NCBI GenBank assembly: GCA_937894515.1
Contig: CALCRH010000259.1
Coordinates: 4,624-68,623, forward strand
Origin: an uncultured Clostridia bacterium
GTDB taxonomy: Bacteria; Bacillota; Clostridia; Oscillospirales; Oscillospiraceae
Direction: 5' to 3'
Length of the DNA: 64,000 nt
The notes under the pieces are model-generated. The model did not search any database, had not been told where the DNA came from, and was given only the letters and a program-made list of their open reading frames with translations. Positions 59,988 to 64,000 of this stretch are shown piece after piece (position 1 is the first letter of the stretch; every line of letters begins with the position of its first letter). A program made the position numbers and the translations under genes.

Positions 59988-62599
59988 CGTTTTCCTATCC
60001 CGAGCGGACAGAACCGGCCATTTGCGATATAAGCCTGACCATCCGGAAAGGTGACTTTTTTGTGCTGTGCGGTCACTCTGGTTGTGGCAAATCCACACTT
60101 CTTCGGCAGCTAAAACCATCTATTGCTCCTCACGGCATCTCCTCCGGAGAAATCCTTTTTCACGGGGAATCTCTACAGGATATGGATCCGGTGACTGCCG
60201 CCGCAAAAATAGGCTTTGTGATGCAGTCACCGGAAACGCAGATTGTCACGGACAAGGTGTGGCATGAGTTGGCCTTTGGCTTGGAAAGTATCGGCTGTGA
60301 CACGCCAACGATTCGCCGCCGCTGTGCGGAAATGGCTGCTTTTTTCGGCATTGAAAACTGGTACTATAAAAATGTGTCAGAATTATCCGGTGGGCAAAAA
60401 CAGCTATTGTGTCTGGCTTCTGTGATGACTTTGCAGCCGGAGGTGTTGGTTCTGGATGAACCCACCGCCCAGTTGGACCCCATTGCAGCCTCGGAATTTC
60501 TCAGCACACTGGGGAAGATCAACCGTGAACTCGGCACCACGATCATTTTATCGGAACATAGACTGGAAGAAGCGTTGGCGCTTGCCAATCAAGCGGCTGT
60601 CATGGAACACGGTTCCATCCTCTGCACCGGTACGGTGGAGAAAATCGGCGGTTATTTGAAGACCCATGAGAATGCTATGTTTTCGGCAATGCCGTGTGCG
60701 ATGCGGGTTTGGGGCAGTGTAGTATGTGACGCATCCTGTCCGGTCACGGTAAACGATGGACGTAAGTTCCTTTCCACCTATTTACAGGAGCATCCGGCGC
60801 AGCCACTTCCGCAAACAAAAACGGTTTGCGAAGTAGGCGAAGAGCGAGTCTGCGCGTCGGAGGCGTGGTTCCGCTACGAAAAAGAACTGCCGGATGTGGT
60901 GAAAGGACTTACCTTTCGGGCATATGCAGGCGAACTGTCCTGCATCCTCGGCGGAAATGGCAGCGGAAAGACCACTACACTGAAGCTTTTAAGCGGATTG
61001 AAAAAGCCTTACCGCGGCGAGATACATACCACGGGCCGGGTCGGTTTTCTGCCGCAGGATCCGCAGACGGTATTTTTGAAGAAAACGGTCTACGAAGACT
61101 TGGCAGATATGCTGCGATTACAGGGAATATCGGCAAAGCAGCAGGAAACGGAAATCCTTAAGGCTGCCGAGCTGTGCGAAATCACCGAACTGCTATGGCG
61201 GCATCCTTATGATCTTTCTGGCGGTGAACAGCAGCGCGCGGCGCTTTGCAAAGTTCTTTTGAGTTCGCCGGATATTCTTTTGCTGGATGAGCCGACAAAA
61301 GGTCTGGATATACCGTTCAAGGAGACTCTTGCAGGAATTATACGAAAGCTTTGCAACAGCGGCGTTTGCGTCATAATGGTAAGCCATGACCTTGAATTTT
61401 GTGCGGCTAACGCCAATCGGTGCGGGATGTTCTTCGATGGCCATTTGGTAACAGTATCGGAACCTGACAGATTTTTTGCAGGAAATAGCTTCTATACCAC
61501 TGCGGCAAACCGTATGGCGCGGGAATTTGAGCCGCGTGCTGTTACCGCTGAGGATGTTATCACGGTTATCGGCGGTCACGTACCGGCCAGACAGACTATT
61601 CGCGAGAAGGCACCGTCTTTCGTACGGGCGGAGGATACAGGGAAAGAAGAAAAAAAGCTGCCGCTATGGCGGAAGCTGGGAGCAGGGCTTTGCACGTTAG
61701 CGGCTTTGGTGATGTTTTTTTACTGTGCAAAGGCTGAGAAACTCAGCGAATTTGTCAATCGCGACGGTATGACAGCGATTGGCGCGAAACAGTTCGCCTT
61801 ATATGCGGTTTTTATCGGATTCCTTGTGCTGACTGCGCTATTTCTCGGCAAACGGTCTAAGCCGCCAATACTTGTCCAAACGCCGACAGAAAAAAGGAAA
61901 CTATCAAAACGAACCATTTTGGCCTCTGTGATGATTTTGCTTTTGATTCCCGTTACCCTTTTTATCGGTGTAGTTTATATGGAAAAGAAACAGTACTATA
62001 TCACTGCGTTGGCGGTTTTGTTGGAGTGCATGCTGCCGTTTTTCCTGATTTTTGAGGGACGAAAACCAAAAGCCCGAGAACTTGTCATCATTGCAACGCT
62101 CTGCGCCATGGCGATTGCCGGGCGTGCCGCGTTTTTTATGCTACCGCAATTTAAACCGGTGATGGCGATGACCATCATCGCCGGTGTAGCCTTCGGCGGT
62201 GAAACCGGATTCCTTGTGGGGGCTGTCACTATGTTGGTTTCCAATGTCCTGTTTTCGCAAGGACCGTGGACCCCGTGGCAAATGTTCGCCATGGGAATCA
62301 TCGGCTTTCTGGCAGGTGTTCTCTACCGGAAGGGATTTCTTGTCCGCACCAAAGCAGCCTTGTGCGTATTCGGAGGCATTTGTACGTTCCTGATTTACGG
62401 TGGAATTATGAACCCCGCTTCAGCACTGATTTGGGGCAGCGAAACGTTGAACTTAAAAATCATTCTCGGATATTACGTGACAGGGTTTCCAATGGATGCC
62501 GTACATGCCGCCGCAACCGTACTGTTCTTGTGGTTTGGTGCAGAACCAATGCTGGAAAAATTAGACCGCATCAAGGTGAAATACGGCCTGATAGAATAA
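59960..62599 (+). CDS. ECF tandem ATPase fused to a CbrT-like S component
   Basis: Two ABC cassettes (GHSGCGKST, GGNGSGKTT), then TM region with LPQFKPV...GFLVG...SN..FSQGPWTPWQM. Confidence 0.88.
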   Translation: MELFSIKHLTFSYPERTEPAICDISLTIRKGDFFVLCGHSGCGKSTLLRQLKPSIAPHGISSGEILFHGESLQDMDPVTAAAKIGFVMQSPETQIVTDKVWHELAFGLESIGCDTPTIRRRCAEMAAFFGIENWYYKNVSELSGGQKQLLCLASVMTLQPEVLVLDEPTAQLDPIAASEFLSTLGKINRELGTTIILSEHRLEEALALANQAAVMEHGSILCTGTVEKIGGYLKTHENAMFSAMPCAMRVWGSVVCDASCPVTVNDGRKFLSTYLQEHPAQPLPQTKTVCEVGEERVCASEAWFRYEKELPDVVKGLTFRAYAGELSCILGGNGSGKTTTLKLLSGLKKPYRGEIHTTGRVGFLPQDPQTVFLKKTVYEDLADMLRLQGISAKQQETEILKAAELCEITELLWRHPYDLSGGEQQRAALCKVLLSSPDILLLDEPTKGLDIPFKETLAGIIRKLCNSGVCVIMVSHDLEFCAANANRCGMFFDGHLVTVSEPDRFFAGNSFYTTAANRMAREFEPRAVTAEDVITVIGGHVPARQTIREKAPSFVRAEDTGKEEKKLPLWRKLGAGLCTLAALVMFFYCAKAEKLSEFVNRDGMTAIGAKQFALYAVFIGFLVLTALFLGKRSKPPILVQTPTEKRKLSKRTILASVMILLLIPVTLFIGVVYMEKKQYYITALAVLLECMLPFFLIFEGRKPKARELVIIATLCAMAIAGRAAFFMLPQFKPVMAMTIIAGVAFGGETGFLVGAVTMLVSNVLFSQGPWTPWQMFAMGIIGFLAGVLYRKGFLVRTKAALCVFGGICTFLIYGGIMNPASALIWGSETLNLKIILGYYVTGFPMDAVHAAATVLFLWFGAEPMLEKLDRIKVKYGLIE

Positions 62600-62635
62600 A
62601 TGCATAAGATACTCTCCTAAATACAATATCAAAAG

Positions 62636-62848
62636 ATGTTATTTGACCGCCAACGGCCGTCTGAACCTATCAAAAAGTCAGATAAGCGGGAGGTAAAACG
62701 GAATAAGATTGTAGAGACCCGGTATCCCAAGTCTACCGGTGAAACCATCCATGCGCACATTCAACTTGTTGTTCAACCCGACGGGAGAGTTGACACAATC
62801 TCCAAGCATGCCGTAACAGGAACATACAAGGCTTATAAGCCAGAATAA
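62636..62848 (+). pseudogene. Probable gene remnant whose last 15 codons form part of the direct repeat
   Basis: Ends SKHAVTGTYKAYKPE*; left repeat copy encodes SKHAITGPYKANKPD*. Confidence 0.4.
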
Positions 62849-63002
62849 GAAATTTCCCCCTTCTCAGTCCAGAAGGGGGAAATTATTTGTATCATATGAT
62901 GTGTGAATATGATGTGAAAAAAGCGAGAAAAAGTTTTCTAAAAAATTTTTAAAAAATTTTTTAGATTTACCGAAAATGGGCAAAAAAGTTGCAAAAAACG
63001 CT
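62801..63002. repeat. 202-bp direct repeat, right copy
   Basis: Matches 53231-53432; includes hairpin TTTCCCCCTTCT-CAGTCC-AGAAGGGGGAAA. Confidence 0.93.
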
Positions 63003-63136
63003 AACTATACACCACACCTACTTGACTTGAATAGGCCGGGTGTATCCACAGGTACCTATACAAGTGGGACCTCGCAGTCTACATGAAGAAGTCGGTATGA
63101 TAAAAATTGCATGGCGAGAACCGGACAACGGCTACT

Positions 63137-63679
63137 CTATCTCAACACTGTCTTCTTGATTTTTCTGTCAGCTGCTTTCACAATGCTGTAAGCAACAAAC
63201 GCAAAGAGAATACCCAGTGCAATGCCGAAGAGTACATCCGTTGGGAAATGAACGAAGAGATAGAGCCTTCCGAAGGCAACGATGAGCGCAATGACGCCGA
63301 CCACTATGCCGAACTTTTTATGCCACGAGAAGACTGATGCCGCTGCGGCAAAGGCCCATGCAGAATGGGTGGACGGGCATGAGAAACTCGATGGACGCGA
63401 TACCAAAAGCGCAACTGTTTCGTCAATGTGACAGGGGCGCGGTCGTGCGATCAAATCCTTTAGCCCATACTGACCAACCACAAAAACTATCGCGTAGGAA
63501 ATTAGAATGGTAAAACCTGTTTTGCGTGTCTTTTTGAAGAATAGGAGCAATACAGCCAATATAACCCACAGCTGCCCGTATGACCCCGTGATATTCATGA
63601 CCGCAAGAATAAACCTATCCAGAAAACCAGTGTGGATATTCTGGATGGCATAAAGAATAGAAAATTCTAACTGTTGCAT
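63137..63679 (-). CDS. PAP2 family membrane phosphatase
   Basis: K....RPRP, PSTH, R.Y..VHFPTDV motifs. Confidence 0.92.
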   Translation of the reverse strand: MQQLEFSILYAIQNIHTGFLDRFILAVMNITGSYGQLWVILAVLLLFFKKTRKTGFTILISYAIVFVVGQYGLKDLIARPRPCHIDETVALLVSRPSSFSCPSTHSAWAFAAAASVFSWHKKFGIVVGVIALIVAFGRLYLFVHFPTDVLFGIALGILFAFVAYSIVKAADRKIKKTVLR

Positions 63680-63790
63680 GCCAATACTTCCTCATTCGTT
63701 TTTTTGCCGCGTATATCTTCACTTCTGCGGTATGCTCTTTTCCAAAATTATAATTCTTTATCCCGCATAAGTCCTACGCATAACGTATAT

Positions 63791-64000
63791 CTATTCCTCA
63801 AACAAAATTTTTTCCAACTCACGGATATCATCTGTAAATGCGTTTTCTGTCATTTTAATTTCTTTTCCGTTTATGAGCAGGATGCTATCCTTATTGGTAT
63901 TGAATTCCTGCCAGTCAATTTTCTGAACGCCCTTCAATTCGTTCTTAAAAAACTCCATCGGCTTTCCATTGATGAATTTTCCAACGAATGCCTGCATTAT
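63791..64000 (-). CDS. Hypothetical protein, 3' part; probably runs off window end
   Basis: Open frame to window edge, AT-rich, ends in TAG. Confidence 0.5.
   Translation of the reverse strand: MMQAFVGKFINGKPMEFFKNELKGVQKIDWQEFNTNKDSILLINGKEIKMTENAFTDDIRELEKILFEE

Overview
Chromosomal window from a roughly 54% GC (by eye) anaerobic Bacillota/Clostridia genome; gene content and style suggest Oscillospiraceae (inference). The core backbone carries rdgB-rph-ftsY-smc, cstA, tepA, an M18 aminopeptidase, a sua5-coaE fusion, prfA, an ABC-F protein, murF-ddl, rodA/ftsW, tsaE-tsaB-upp, an F1Fo ATP synthase operon, trmD-rimM, xpt-guaA, rqcH and mini-RNase III. Accessory blocks are: (i) an orphan double-glycine Cys-rich peptide; (ii) a 203-bp MITE-like insert in a duplicated terminator; (iii) a 31-43 kb island with an acyl-CoA ligase, two HGSNAT-like membrane transferases, an ABC exporter, a CotH kinase and a frameshifted SGNH hydrolase; (iv) a HipA-like kinase operon with a palindromic operator; (v) a 9.57-kb cassette between direct repeats holding a cobalamin-riboswitch operon. 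That operon encodes a secreted transcobalamin-like protein with cohesin and dockerin modules, a membrane-anchored cohesin, a DUF4430 lipoprotein and an ECF transporter whose ATPases are fused to the S component. The strongest candidates for novelty are this cohesin-dockerin B12 scavenging system, a b-delta-alpha triple fusion in the ATP synthase, and an RF1 with Lys at the stop-codon-reading Gln position in a region where none of the first 54 called genes ends in TAG. No rRNA, tRNA or CRISPR array was seen. All domain calls are by-eye motif recognition, not database searches.
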